Source: Emiliania huxleyi CCMP1516 (lineage: Eukaryota). From it: 64,000 bases of DNA. Each line of letters begins with the position of its first letter. The first letter of the stretch is position 1. Shown here in pieces: positions 35,701-49,400 of the stretch. The translations under genes were made by a program, and so were the position numbers. Location of the stretch: the NCBI RefSeq assembly GCF_000372725.1, contig NW_005202428.1:2079119-2143118 (forward strand), read 5' to 3'. The notes beneath the pieces were generated by a model. The model had not been told where the DNA came from and ran no database searches. It saw only the letters and a list, made by a program, of their open reading frames with translations.

Positions 35701-36110
35701 TACCAAACCTTGCTCAAGGTTCTTGGGTGCAAAGAGCGCGGCCACAAGTCACAGGGCCCGCTCGTCCATGCGACCGGCAAAGGCTGGGTCAAAGAGCACA
35801 AGGGACAGTACTACGACGCGCTCCATGTCATTCTCCATGTCAAGAACGGAATCGTCAAGATTTGTCTCGTCGAAAGCCAGGGCGGCATCGCGCCGCCAAC
35901 CAAGAGAATCATCCACAACTTCGCCAAAGAGGTCGGCAGCCCGAGCGCCGTCGACCGCACCGACTACGGCACAGCCTCCGGCAGCGCCCAGGGCTTCGCC
36001 CAGCACCACTCGCAACAGCTCTCGCGCGCCGCCGTCTGTGGCGACGCGCAGAACATCAACAACGCTGCTCGCAACATGCGTGTCGCGCACTCATTCATGA
36101 CCGGTCTCAA
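35701..36110 (+). mobile_element. 3' fragment of RLE-type non-LTR retrotransposon (endonuclease C-terminus)
   Basis: HKGQYYDAL...LVESQGGI.P...DRTDYG...FAQHHSQQLSRAAVCGDA resembles the K..Y...E..G...S.A...GNA end of restriction-like endonucleases. Confidence 0.6.
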
Positions 36111-36799
36111 TGTCCCACCCCCCTGCGCGCGGGCGGGCCTTCTAGGCCCGCGGGTAGTCTCCCCCCATCCCCAGGGCCTCCAGGGCTCGCACCTCAACCT
36201 CTCACAGACCAGCGCACAGCGCCATAGGAGGTATTTTCTTATCAATAACAAGGCTGTGAAGGAAAGGAAGAAAACCGTGCCGAGCGAGAAATTCTTTTCA
36301 CGCGTGCCGATGTGTGTGCTGGTGTGCGCCAGTCCACGCCCTTGTCGTGCCAGTGGTACTGTGAGAGATAGGCGTCAAAGATGGCGGTAACCTTCTTTTT
36401 TCAGATCATGAGCTAGCCTTCGTTGTTAATATGAAAACAAGAAGGGACTCACACATGTCGCCGCACACACACACACACACCGCACCGCACCCCGAAGCAA
36501 CCCCGCGCCCGCCGCCCCACCGCCCCGCCTACCTATAGGTGGGAAAGAGAGGAGGAGATGGGATGTCCACAGCGAATGAGGGAGTCTAGGAAATCTTTTT
36601 CTGCCTCGCCGTCCTCGCAGGAGTCGCTTAGGCGGCTCCCGTGGTGTACCTGTGTCGCTCGCCCCTTTTCTTTTTCTCCCAGTGCCTTTGGCGGCGCAAA
36701 GGTGTCTGTACACCACACACACCTTTCCAAGCTCGCACGCAGGGCGGTTCGAAGAGCCGCGCGCTTTGGGAAGGCGCTTGGAAAGCCCGGGCAAGCGCG

Positions 36800-38424
36800 A
36801 TGGGCAAGAAAAATGCGTCCAAAGATAACGGTAAGGCGAAGCCTCGGGACCCGCCGCCGCCAAACCCAAAGGTCTTACGCAGCAGTGGCGGTTCCAAGCC
36901 GGCGGTCTGGCTGGTCGCGCCGGCGATGATTGCGCTTCTCGCTGCCGGTGTCGCGTACGTCGGTTGGCCGCAGGGGGCGCCGCCTCACGCGACCCTGCAT
37001 CAGCAGAATGTCACCTCGGCAGTTGAGTCGGCTGCATCGGCGGCTGCATCGGCATCGTCGGCGGAGCTGCCGCGCGGGTGGGGATCGGCGATGGACCCGT
37101 CGAGCGGCAAGCCGTACTACTACAAGCTCGCGACGCGCGAGTCGACGTGGGAGCGGCCGACCGAGCCATGCGACGACGAGTCTGTCGTCGCATCGGCCGA
37201 GCAGCAGCAGCAGCAGCTGGGGAAGGAGGGCGAGGACGTGCACGAGCACTGCGGCTACTGGGCGGCGGCGGGCGAATGCGCCTCCAACCCCTCCTTCATG
37301 GAGCAGCAGTGCAAGACCTCCTGCGCCCACACCGCCGCCGCACTGAAGTCTGGCAAGGCTGCGAGAGGTCTCGCGTCTGGAAAGGCGCGAGGGCACCCCA
37401 CCACACACACCACTCACACCACTCACACCACGCCACAGCCGGGCGCTCCTCCTTGCCCCGGACTGCGCCATGGACCGCATGGAGCCGCGTAGAGCCGGCG
37501 GCGCCTGGCGGGCGAACCTTCCGCGAAGCTTCTCGGAGCCTTCCCGCAGGTGGACACCTGGAAGACGCCTTCCGACTGCCTCGCGTGGGCAACCTCGGGC
37601 GAGTGCGAGAACAACAAGCCGTTCATGCTCGCGACTAGATGCGGAGCACGGACCCGTGTATACCGGCACGTCGAGAGGACACGCATAGCAAGCCGCGCAT
37701 GATTCACGCGATGCTGGGAGTACCTTTAAGGTACACGGCAAGAGGCCCTCCTCCCGCCCCGAGCCCTCTTGTGTGCTCGTGGCGTAGGCTGGCGAACTGC
37801 GCGGCCTCGTGCTCGCCCGAGGAGCGGGCGGCGGCGGAGGAGCGGCTCCAGGTCCGAGAGGGCGCGAGAGGGCGCGAGAGGGCGCGAGATGCGCATGTGG
37901 GGGATAAGGCGTCGCCAGGGCCGTGCCAAGGTCTAAGCTCTAAGCTCTGTGTCTCTCTCTCCCGTGCGTGCGCAGGCGGCGCGGTCTGAGTATTGGGCGC
38001 GGTGCCCACGGCCAGCCGGGGCAGAGCCAGCGCTGGCGGCCGGAGCGAGAGGGGCGACCGCAAGCCGCGAGATCGCGGTTCGGCGAGAGCGGACTCTGCT
38101 GACAGGCGCCCGGCGCTATGAACGAGACCTTCCAGCGGATCCTGGCGGACTTCGGCGAGTCTCCCCTCCCTCTCCCTCCCTCTCTCCCCCTCCGCCCCTC
38201 CCTCCCTTTCTTCCCCTCTCTCGCCCGCGCGGGTACCGTCCTCCCCGAGCAGCTCCGCCTCTCTCCCGCCTCTCCAGGCCACCTGCAGCCCGAGCTCGTG
38301 TCGGCCGACCCGCCGGTGCTGCTCTTCCACTCCTTCCTCTCCGACGCCGAGGCACACACGCACTCACGCACACACACACACACACACAACACAACACACA
38401 CACAACACAACACAACACACACAC

Positions 38425-38499
<75 letters not shown>

Positions 38500-38550
38500 A
38501 CACACACACACACACACACACCACACACCACACACCACACACACACACCA

Positions 38551-38591
<41 letters not shown>

Positions 38592-40188
38592 GCCGTGGGG
38601 CTCCTGTCTCTCGACGTGGAGTCGCGAGGGCTGCCCCGGCCCCTGCCCACCGCCCTCGTGTGCGTGGAGAGAGTCTGCCTGACCTGACCTCAGGCGGACA
38701 CCTTCGTCGCGCACGGGCGTGGAAAGTACGCCGAGTCGCGCGGCGTCGGCTTCGACAAGGTTCGCAGAGAGGGGCCGGGAGAGGAGAGCAGAGGAGATGA
38801 GAGCAGAGGAGATGAGAGCAGAGGCGCGGCGTCACGTCCACGACGCGTGCACGCCACGCCCCCCCGACGAGAGGAGGCGAGGTGACCGGCGGCGAGGCGG
38901 AGATTGCCCGAGAGTACCCGAGCTTACCCGAGGTTAGGACGGCAAGATGACCGACGTCAAGACGGAGATCCGCACCTCGAGGCACACCTGGTGCCAGGAG
39001 CGGGACTGCCTCTCCGACCCGCTCGTCCAGGCGGTGCAGGAGAGAGTGAGCGATGTCACGCGCACGCCGGTCGCAAACGGCGCGCCCGCACCGAGACTGG
39101 CCGCCGCGAGATGGCCGCGAGATCGAGATGGTCGCGAGATTGCCGCGAGATCGAGATGACCGCGAGATTGCCGCGAGAGGAGGCCAGTCGCCACCGACGT
39201 GCCCGCTTCCCGCCGGACCCCGGTCAAAAAAGGCCCCGTTGAAGTTGGGGCCCCCCCCCAGGGAGCGGAAACCGGCCCGGCCCTTCCCCGGGGCCCCCCC
39301 CCGCCCAGGGGAGTTTGCGCAGCTCGTGTATTAAAACGGGTGCCCCGCAGAGGGCGACAAGTTGTGCCCTTTTTACAAGCGCCCCTCGGATTACATGGAG
39401 GGAGACCGCCCCCGGGTCCAAGGCGGAAAGCACGCCTGCCGAAGCAAAGCACGCACCCCTGCGGAAGGGCCGCCCTCCCACCACCCGCCTTCCCAAATCC
39501 GCCGCCTTCCTCGTTATCCACTGGGGGAAGTGGGCCCCCCCCCCCCCCCCCGCCCGCCCGCCCGCCCCGCTCTCGCTCCGTCGACGGCGGCCGTGTGCCG
39601 TTGCCTCGCAGGCGTGCGAATCTTCACGCTCTTCATGTACCTGAACGACGTGCCCGAGGGCGGCGGCGGCGGGACCCGCTTCACCGACCTCAAGCCCGAG
39701 CCGATCACCTTCATGCCCTCCAGGGGCAAGGCCGTCCTCTGGCCCTCGGCGAGATATAGCCGAGATGTAACCGAGATCTAGCTGAGAGACAACCTCCGCG
39801 CACAGCGAGGCTTGGAGCGCGCACATTCACACCGCCCCGGCGTGAGCAGGTGCTCGCCGACGCGCCCGACACGATGGACCCGCGCACGCACCACGAGGCG
39901 CTCAGATGATGGATAGAGGCGTGATACAGTCTGGCCAGCGACTGGACACGGGCGTGGTGGAGGATGACGCAAGGCGGAGAGGCGCATATGGAGCGACACA
40001 TAGACACATACACACACAGCACAAGACGCTCCGACACACATCTTGAGTGTACGTCACTCAGGGCCGCGCCGGTCGCCCTCCCACCGCAGGCGCTCCCGGT
40101 GTGGTCGGGCGAGAAGTTCGGTGCCAACTTCTGGATCCACCAGTACGACTTTCGGTCGGCGCACGCGTCGGGCTGCACCATGGGGTGA
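36800..40188 (+). CDS. P4H: Membrane-anchored prolyl 4-hydroxylase with WW and two ShK domains (multi-exon)
   Basis: TM segment; WW (LPRGW...GKPYYY....STWERP); ShK (CGYWAAAGECASNPSFM...C...C and CLAWATSGECENNKPFM..NC..SC); DPPVLLFHSFLS, RTS, RIFTLFMYLNDV..GGGT.F, HEALPV..GEK..ANFW. Confidence 0.92.
38354..38590. repeat. (CA)n microsatellite in a P4H intron
   Basis: Read directly. Confidence 0.95.
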
Positions 40189-40443
40189 CGGGCGGGCCGC
40201 TGGGTCACAGCTGACAGTATTCGAACCTCGATATGTGGGAAAGCTCTCTCTTCCGTGGTGTCATAGGTCTAGTGTGTGTGTGCGCGCGCGCGCCCGAGGG
40301 CCCAGGCTCTTTGCGTGTTTTTACGGCGCGGAGAGAGAGTGTGTGTGCTGCCTCTCGAGGGGAGTGCTTCCTCTCAGTACTGATCAGCGAAGCCGGACGG
40401 GCATAAAAAAATCGATAAAAAATCCATGGGGGCGAGTCTGATA

Positions 40444-43400
40444 TGGAGTCTATCGAGCCTGCTGCCCCCGACCCCAACTGGCTGCCTCCGCAGCGGAGAC
40501 AGACCACAGCGCGACTAGTGGCGTACTGTGGCTTCGGAGGCGATGAGGCCTTCGCGGAGGCGGCCGTTGCAGGCATGCCAGAGCGGCGCACACTGCTCTC
40601 GCAGCCCACCACTCACGTGTCCTGGCCTCTGCCTCTGCAGACAGCGCGTGGTCGAGCTCGCGCGGCGGCGGCGGCGCTGCGACCGCATCTGCGCTGCCGG
40701 TCGAGCCTGCAGGCGCGCATCTCCCGGCCCTCCCTCGCAGCAGCTCTCTGACTCTGACCAAGCCTCTGCCACCGCCTGCCGCAGCTGCCGACCCTGAGGA
40801 CACCAACGACGACTTCTGTCGGCAGTGCGGCGGCGGCGGCGACCTGCTGCTGTGCGACCGCTGTGACCGCTCCTACCACATGTACTGCCTCGACCCGCCG
40901 CTCGAAGTCGCGCCTGAGGGAGAGTGGCACTGCCCGGTGAGCGCCCTGCGGCGCCCGCGCCGGCTGCGGTGTGAGCACGCTCCGGGGACGCCGAGGGCTC
41001 GCTCCTGCGCCCTCGCAGGCGCACTCGTCGACGCGGCGCAACGTCAACAAGGAGCTCTCCGCGCTGACTCGCGAGACGGACGCCAAGGTGCCACCAGCAG
41101 CCCGCGCGCCCCGTCGTCCGCCGCGCGCCTGCGCCTCCCTTGAGCCTCCTCCCTCGCGCACCGCGCGCCGCGCTCCGCGTGCGGCCGCGCCGGGGCGCCT
41201 TGTCACCCCACCCCCCCTCTACCCCTCCGCGCGCCCGCGTCGCCGACCGTCCCTCCGCGCGGCCAGGCGCAGTTTGGGCAGAGCTACCGGCAGCCGCGCG
41301 TCGACGCCGCCCGCTTCCAGGCCACGTGTCCGCCGCTCCTCACGCCGTCCGAGCGCGCCGCCGCTCCCAACGGGGACGCGAGCGCGCCGCTCTGGCGTCC
41401 CGGCTGCGTCTCCGTCCCCGCGCTCGTCGACTTGCTCGCCTTTGGCCACCGGCTGGTGAGGCGCGAGTTTTCGTCGGCGGCGCGGTACAACGAGGGGCTG
41501 ATGGTGCACCTGCACCTGTGCGGGTACGAGACGCTGGAGGCAAAGTACGCGCTGCTCGCCGCCGCGAAGCTCATCGCGGCGCTCCCCGCCGAGCAGCGCG
41601 ATGCCGTCTTCAACGACGGACACCGCGAGGGGGACTTGCTGCTGGCGGCGCTCAGCGAGGCGCACGGCGGCGCCGGCGAGCCGGCCCACCTGCCGCGCGG
41701 CGCCCCCAGCTGCGAAGTGGAGCTGCCCGAGGCGTGCTGCGGGCTGCGGGTGGGCCAGCTGCGCGCGCCGCAGGACGAGATGGCGCGGCTGCTCGCCGAG
41801 GCGGAGGCGAGTTGGGAGGCCGACCGCTCAAGCGGCGTCGCCAGCTGGGTGCGCGACCTCGACGCGGCCGTCGCGGGGAGTGAGCTCTCGCTCGAGCGCG
41901 TTGGCGAGCTCGTCGCGGCCGGCACCGCCGCGCTAGGCGTCGACGCGTCTCTCTTTGGCGTCACGGGCCGCGACGCCGCCCCGCCGCCGCTCGAGCCGCC
42001 GCTCGCCCGCCTGAAGCTTCTCACCGCCGAGCACTGCGCCGCCAAGCGGTGGCACCGGAGGCACGGCGCGGTCCTGACCTCGCAGCAGCCGCTCGCGCAG
42101 ATGCGCGCCGCGCTGCGCGAGGCGGACGCCGCGGATCCGCCGCTCCGGCTCGCGGAGGCGCGCGCGCTGCGAACGCGGCTCGAGCAGGCCGAGGCGTGGC
42201 TCAGGGCCCCCGAGGCGAGCCTGGTGGAGGCGAAGGAGCTTCGCGAGCTGCAGGCAGAGACGCGCCGCGAGTACCGAGATCATCGAGAGTAGCCGAGATT
42301 CATCGGGATCGCCGAGAGTCGTCGAGGCGGAGGAGCTCCGCGCGTCTCGCGTGGGTGGTCTCGCCACTGCGGCCAGCCTTGCCGCTACCCTCCCCCCGCC
42401 CCTTTCCTCCCTTTGCCTCCCCCCTCCAGGAGGCCCCCCTTGGGCCGCCTTTTACCGCCCCGCCCCCCCCCCCCCCCACCCCCTGCGTGCAGGAGCTGCA
42501 GCGCGAGGCGGAGGTGCTCCGGCTGCAGGCACCCGAGGTGGCGGCGCTCCGCGCGCGCGTCGCCGCGAGCAAGCGCTGGATGGCGCGCGTGCACGCGGAC
42601 CTGCTCCGGCGCACGTCCTCGCGCGGCAAGGCCTCTGCCAAGCTGACCGAGGCGGAGGCAGAGGCGCTGGTGCGCGAGGCGGCGGAGCTGCACCTGCGCG
42701 CCGAGGAGACGGAGCTGGTGCGCGCGCGGCTGAGCGAGGCGGCGGCGTGGAAGGCGGAGGTCGGCGCGGCGCTGGGCGCGACATCGGGCGTCGGCGTCGA
42801 GGCGCTGCTGCCGACAGCGCGGCTGCTCAGGCGACCCTTCCCTGAGCCTCCTCGCAACCCTCCTGTAGGCGCTGCAGCAGATGGAGCGGCTGCACGCGCG
42901 CGGCGAGCAGGAGCTCAATTTGGCGCTCAACGAGTTGGGCGTACTCGAGGCGCGCGTCGGAGAGAGCCACCGCTGGATCGAGAGCGCAAAGGCGGCCCTC
43001 GAGGGGTCGAGCTGCAGGGAGCCCGCCGAGCTGGTGGCGCTGATGGGCGATGGGCGGCGGCTCGGCCTCGCGCTCCCCGAGATGCAGCAGCTCGCGCAGT
43101 CCCTCAAGGAGAGCGAGTGGGCGGAGCAGGCACAGGCGGCCGTCGACGAGGCTTGCGCAAGATCGAGGTGCTCGAGGCGCTCTCCAGAACACGCCCCTAA
43201 GATGTCTCGGACGCGTCCCAGGCGACGACCCTCGAGGTGCTCGAGGCGCTCTCGGAGCAGGCGGAGCACCAGCCGACGGGGCGGGTGTCCGCCCTGGCCG
43301 AGGCGCTCGCCGCAAAGGTGGCGCGCGGGCGCGAGTGGTCGGCCAAGCTCGAGCGCGAGATGGCGGAGGAGGATCGGACCTCGCTGCGCGACGCGGCGGC

Positions 43401-43881
43401 GATGGTGTCCGAGGCGGGGGGGCGGGTGTAGGCCCGAGCGCGGCCCGAGGTCCGCCGATATCACCCCATATTGTGCGGGAGCGTAGGTGGAGGCGGCCAA
43501 GCTCAAGCTGCCCAAGCTGGGCAAGCTGCGCGAGTGGGTCGCCCGTGCAAAGGCGTGGCAGGACAGCGCGCGCAAGGTGCAGGCCAAGCAAACGCGCGGC
43601 GCGAGCCAAAAGCCGGCGCTCTCCGAGCTCGAAGCGATGCTCGCGGTCGGCCTCGAGCTGCCGCTCGACGTGCCCGAGGCGCCCCTCCTCGCGAGGCAGG
43701 TGCGCGAGGCGTCCGACGTGGAGCGTTGCGCCGAGACGTTGCTCGAGGCCGCCGAGGAGGTGACGAAGCCAGAGCCAGCCGCAGATGCAGATGCCGCCGC
43801 CGCCGCCGCCGACGCCGCCGCCACACCCACCGCCGTCGACCCGACCGCCTCCGCATCCGACGCCGCCTCCGACGCCGCAGT

Positions 43882-43912
<31 letters not shown>

Positions 43913-46692
43913 CCCACCGCCGAGGATGCCGACGCCGACGCCGGCAGCGACTCGTCCGACGCCGGTTCGCTCGACCCGCGCGTCGAGAAGGTCGCGTCCG
44001 AAATGGACGAGCTGCTGCTGCGCGCGAGCGGGCTCAACGTCTCGATCCCGCTCACCGAGGTGCTGCGTGTCTGCCGCTGGAGACTCGCGCTGCGCGCCGC
44101 GCGTGCCAAGCCGCAGCTTGCGGAGCTGCAGGATCTCATCAAGCAAGGGCGCCAGCTCGGCCTGTGCCAGTACGCGGCCGCGCCAAACCTGAGCGAGGGC
44201 TCCACCTCCTCCTCCTCCTCCTTCGCTTCGGCCGCCTCCAACGGCCGCATCTCGCGCAACGGCACGGAGCGGCCGCCCTCGCGCCAGTCGCAGCGCCGTG
44301 GGGGCGGCCGAGAGCCGGACACGCCGGCGGGCACGCAGGGGGCGCCGGCGGGCGGCGCCGGCGGCTCCGCGCCGCCGGAGGGCGAGGGCGCGACTGACGA
44401 GAGCAGCGACGAGTCGTCGCCGCGCTCGCTGGGCGAGATGCGGCGCGCGGGCGCGGAGCTGCGCGTGATCGGCGAGCTGGTGGCGCAGACGGAGGCGTGG
44501 GAGGAGGAGGCCGAGAAGATGCTCTCGTCGGAGCGGGTGAGGGTGGAGGAGCTGGAGGCGCTGCTGCGGAGGGGCGAGGCGCTGCCGCTCGCGAGCGACG
44601 CGCGCGACTACTTGGCGGCGGCCTACTCCGACGCGCAGCGGTGGGAGAAGGCGGCGCGGGGGCTCGTGGGGAGCGACGCGCGCATCGAGGAGGTGCAGAA
44701 GCTCCTCAAGGAGTACGTCAAGGGCAACTTGCACTCGGACGCGATGGAGGAGCTTCGGGCCCGCGCGCGCGAGGGCGAGGCGTGGCTCCGCGAGGCGCGC
44801 GACCTGTTCGACGACTGCGGCATCGAGCTGCCGGACCTGACGGCGGTGCTACGCTCCGACCAGGCCGACCTCTATTGCGTCTGCCGGCAGCCCGACGACC
44901 TGCAGCGGCTGATGCTCGCCTGCGACACGTGCGAGGTCTGGTACCACATGCACTGCGTCGGCGTGCCGCCCGCCAAGGCCAAGCAGTTGGCGGCGTCCAA
45001 CGACGAGTTTGAGTGCCCGGCGTGCGCGCGCAAGTCGGGGAAGCCGTACCCCTTCTCCGCGCGCGTCAAGAAGGTGCCGCCCAAGAAGACGCCGCGCGCG
45101 TCCGAGGTTGCGGAGCTGCTGCGCAAGGCGGACCAGCTGCGCGTCTGCGTCGAGGAGGCCGCCCTGCTGCGGGACGCGCACGCCGCGTGCCTTGAGTGGC
45201 ACGCGAAGGAGGCGCCGAAGCTCCTCGATGCGCTCTCCGCCACCACCCCCGCCGCCGACCCGGCGGCCGACGGCGCCGGAGACGGAGACGGCAAGCTCTC
45301 GACGGCGTGGGCACGAGTGGGCGGCGGCGCGCTCGCGCGCGGGCTCTACGACGACGGAGAGGCGTACCGCGTCGAGCCCGAGCTCATGTCGCTCCTCAAG
45401 GCGTGGCGCTTCCGCCGTCTCCTCCACGAGGCGCGCGGGCTGCCGCTTCCCGCGCTTCCCGCCGAGGCGGCGCCCGCGGCGTCCGCAGCGCTTGCTGCAT
45501 CGCCCGCGCCAGCGCCCGCGCCCGCGCCAGCGCCTGCGCTTGCGCCCGCGCCGCCGGACGGCGCCGATGCAGACGTCAAGGCGGACGTACACGCCGACGC
45601 GGCGGCGCTGCTCGAGATGTCGCTCGGCTGCGCTGAGACCAAGCTCGAGGCGAGCCCTCCGGGTGCGGCCGCTGCGCCCGTGCAGGGCGTGGCCCTCGCC
45701 GCCAAGCGCGAGCCCGCGCCCGGCGCGGGCCGCGGCGTCGACCTGGCAGAGCTGCAGGCGGTGCTTGACCTCGCCGTCGAGGAGGGGGTCGCCGAGCCGC
45801 AGGAGGAAAGCGGGCCGCGTGGCGCGGCCGGCGGCCACGCCAAAGCTGCCGCCGCGCAGCCGGCGTTGGAGGAGGCGGGCGAGCCCGGTTGCGGGCGGTG
45901 GCGGCCGTTTTACGAGCGCGAGATGGCGAGCCTCGCGGAGGACGTGGCCGCCTCGCGCTTCATGCTACGGGAGGCGGAGGCGTGGAAGCACGACGCGGCC
46001 AATTTCGCCAAATCGTCCGTGCCGGTCGACCCCGAGGCCCTCGCTTCGCTGCTGGGCCGCGCGCGTGCCTCGTCGCTGCGGCTGCCGCCGATGCCAGCTT
46101 TGGAGGAGCGGGCGGCCAAGGTGGGGCGATGGGCGGCGGCAGTCGGCTCCTTGCTCGATGACGCTGCGGCCCGCGCCGCCTCGGGCGCCAGCGGCGTCCC
46201 GATCGACGAGGCGACGCGGCTGCACGCCGAGGCGCTCCGCTTGCGCGTCAAGGGGGCGAGGTGGGAGGCGCTGTTGGCGGCGTTTGCGTCGCTGCGTGAC
46301 GGGGTGGAGGAGGTGCGCACTTCGCTCGTCCACCACGTGAGTGCGGCCGCTGTGGCGGACGCGATCGCGGTAACGCGGTCGTCCGGCATTTTCCTCACGG
46401 CCGAGGAGCCCATTTTTGTGGACTTGCTGGTGCGGCTGCAGCCGGCGCCGCTGCTGGCCGGGCCGGCTATGGCCAGCACGGGGGGCGGCGCGACGATTGC
46501 CGCGCCGCAGGTGATCCACGCCAACGGGACGTCGGCGCGCCCGATGCAGATGCCCGGGCAGGTGGCGTGGACGGCGGCGCCGGTGCCGCAGTGCTACGTC
46601 CTCCAGCCCCACGAGGTTCAGATGGGCCTGCTCGGGCCGCCGCACGCGCAGCGGCACGTGTGGGCGCAGCACACGGTCCCCTCGCCCCTCAC

Positions 46693-46751
<59 letters not shown>

Positions 46752-47736
46752 CCATCCAGGCGCTCCCGCAGCAGCAGCATCAGGTCTTCCTTCACCACCA
46801 CCAGCAGCCGCCGCCGCTGCAGCAGAGCCTGCCGTCAGACCCAGCGCAGCCTCAGCCGCCGCTCGTCGCTCAGGTGCTCTTCTGCGACTCCCCTCTTCCA
46901 CACGACGGCCCCCTCTCACCCCCTCCTGCCATTATGAATAGGTCGCTCCTCATCCAGCTCAGGAGCAGCAGCCATCGGCGGCCGCGGCCGCGGCGGCGGC
47001 CGCGGCCGCGGCGGCTGAGGCAGCGGCGGTTACGGCGTCGGTGGCCGCCACGCCGCCGCCGCCGCAGTTCGTGCAGCCGCTGGTGGCGCAGGTGGCGCCG
47101 CCGCCGCCGCCGCCACCGCAGCCGCCGCCGCAGCCGCCGCCGCAGCCGCCGCAGCAGCAGCCGCCGCCGCTGATGACGGCGCGAGTGCAGCCGCCGCCGC
47201 CGACGAGGAAGCAAATGCAGGCGTCGTCGTCTCGGCCGCCCCACGCCGAGCCGCGCTCCGCGACGGGTCTACACGGCATGTCCGCGCGGAGCGTGGGCGG
47301 CGCGCGGCTGAGGGTATACTACGAGGAGGACGGGCGGCTGGTCGGCTACCCCGGTTCGGCCGAGTCGGTGGACGCCTCCAAGGGCCTCAAGGTGCGCCTC
47401 GACGGCTTCTCCAAGCGCGAGTGGGTGACGGACGACGACGAGTGGGAGTGGATCGACGGCGCAGTCGGCGCTGACGGGACGCGCCCGCTCGAGCACTATC
47501 TCGGCAGCGTGTTGCGGCAGTACATCGTCCGCTTGGCGCAGGCGAAGGAGCGGTTCGCGAACCTCGCCGAGGCAGCACTGCCGCCGGCTCCGGCGGGTAA
47601 GCGGCAGGCGGCCGGCGCGGCGGGCGGAGGCGACAAGAAGCGCGCCAAGCCCACGGCGTCGCAGGGGGCGGGCAAGGCGGGCAGGGGCAAGAATATAGCC
47701 GCCGAGGCGCCCGCTGGCAAGCGGCGCAAGCAGTGA
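40444..47736 (+). CDS. PHD + PLU-1-like helical repeats + PHD + polyQ + Tudor-like chromatin protein (KDM5 C-terminus-like), multi-exon
   Basis: [33 protein letters not shown]...EWHCP; repeated W...A...L helical units; LYCVCRQP...[16 protein letters not shown]...[14 protein letters not shown]...LKVRLDG..EW; start approximate. Confidence 0.8.
46694..46750 (+). repeat. (CAG)n polyglutamine tract
   Basis: Read directly, in frame in ORF 43487-47173. Confidence 0.95.
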
Positions 47737-48279
47737 CCGCGCGAGGACGTTTGCACTCACTTGTCCATCCCCATCACAGTTTTCACACAAAACCCATCAC
47801 ACCTCACGCATCAGAGAGTTAGTTCCGCGCGGCGGGGTCGTGCGCACACGCACACTGTAGTGTAGACACCGCGCACTGTGACACACGAGACACGTGTCTC
47901 AGTCGTATTCCGTTTTTTTTTAAGCGAGAACAAACACGGGACACACGCGAGGTTACTTCCCCCAGGATTGGTCTTCTCTGCATGCGGGAACACCCTCGGG
48001 CGGCCGGGTGGGGCTGCGGCTGGAGCTAGCATGGCTCGATAGAGCCGAGACCCCGTGTTGAGGCGGCGCTCCTGTGGGCGGCTGTGGAATCGGGAGATAT
48101 TCGAGATAGCCAGATCTCCCGATCTCATCCCAGTGATGGACGTCCGTACGTCCCTTCTTAGTGATTGTGTTTCGGACGGCCCTTCGTTGTGTTCTCCTCC
48201 GTCCGCCAGCGAGACTGGCTCAGTCGCTGGCGACCACAGTTCTCTGTGAGGTGGGAGGAGAGGAGAGGACGCAGTGAAG

Positions 48280-49400
48280 ATGGCGCAGCAGCAGGCCCCG
48301 CCAGCTGCGCAAGCGCCCATCGTCGTCGTCGTTGACGAGGTTCAGATCACCAGTGATGCAGCGCTCGTTCTCGCTCCAGGGGCTCAGCACGTAAAGGACC
48401 ACACGCCTTGTCTGAGTTGGACCACGGTGTACGACAATGCAGGAGCAGTGACCAACTACACCCTGGGGCAGAGTGACGCCAAGGGCGCCTTCCTGCCGCG
48501 GTGCCGGTTCAGCGTGGACCAGCAGACAGGCACCCTCCTCGATGGGAACCACGTTCTCAATGTGCTTTTCAATGGGGCATTCTGGTCGCGGCTTCTGACC
48601 GCTCTGGACGCGGCGAACCTCTTTGCCACTCCCATGGAGAAGATCGGCGTGTTACACCAGCGGCTCGCCGGTCTGGCAATGGCCAACCCAGGGGTCTGGG
48701 TGATCTCGCACTCGGACATCTTTCTCGGTGAAGACTTTGACGCGCCCGCCGTCCCAGCGCCGGCCGCGGGGAGAGGCCGGGGCCGCGGTCGAGGGGGCCA
48801 AGCCGCGGCCGTGGTGCCGGTCGTGCCAGGACCACAGGACCTGCTCTTCCTTACGCATCTCCCGCTTCGCGCGCTCGAGGCGGGCGGGGAGTTGCCTCTG
48901 CTGCTGTACTCGCTGCTCTCTTTCCATTTGGGACCGATAGCTACAAGGGCGGCCCGCCTGCCCCTGGCAGCCCCCGCGAGACTCACGGCCGGCCTTCTCC
49001 AAGGAGCTATCGTGCAAAGCGTGGGGGCGGCGGCCGCCAACCCTACGATGCTCGCGCTCCAAATCCCTCGCTTGCTCAAGGGCGCTTCGCTCCCCGTCAT
49101 CTTTCAGTCTACCTCCGCGGACCCACACACGAGGCTCGAGGACTTCACGGACTTGCTCCGCATGCAGGCCGGCGGGGTAGATGAGAGGCGGCGCATCGAG
49201 GAGCGGCGGATCATGCTCGCCACCTCGCTGGGCGCGCTCTACCAGCTAGTCATCCAGCCGTCGCCCTCGGTCTCGACTGCAAATACCTTGGTAAGCCGCC
49301 TGGCCGCCAAGATTCTGACCGCGCCTCAGCTTAAGCTCTCGCTGGCGGACCAGCTGGCCATCCTCGCGACGGCCGTTCATGATCGGCAGCACCTAAGGGG
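48280..49400 (+). CDS. Intronless orphan ORF truncated at a poly-G junction; possible retroelement ORF1
   Basis: About 370 codons of protein-like sequence with an RGRGRGRGG patch; composition changes at the G-run near 49397-49422. Confidence 0.45.

Noticed and set aside
42385..46801. Long antisense and alternative-frame ORFs
   Set aside because: Shadow ORFs expected from very high GC opposite real exons.
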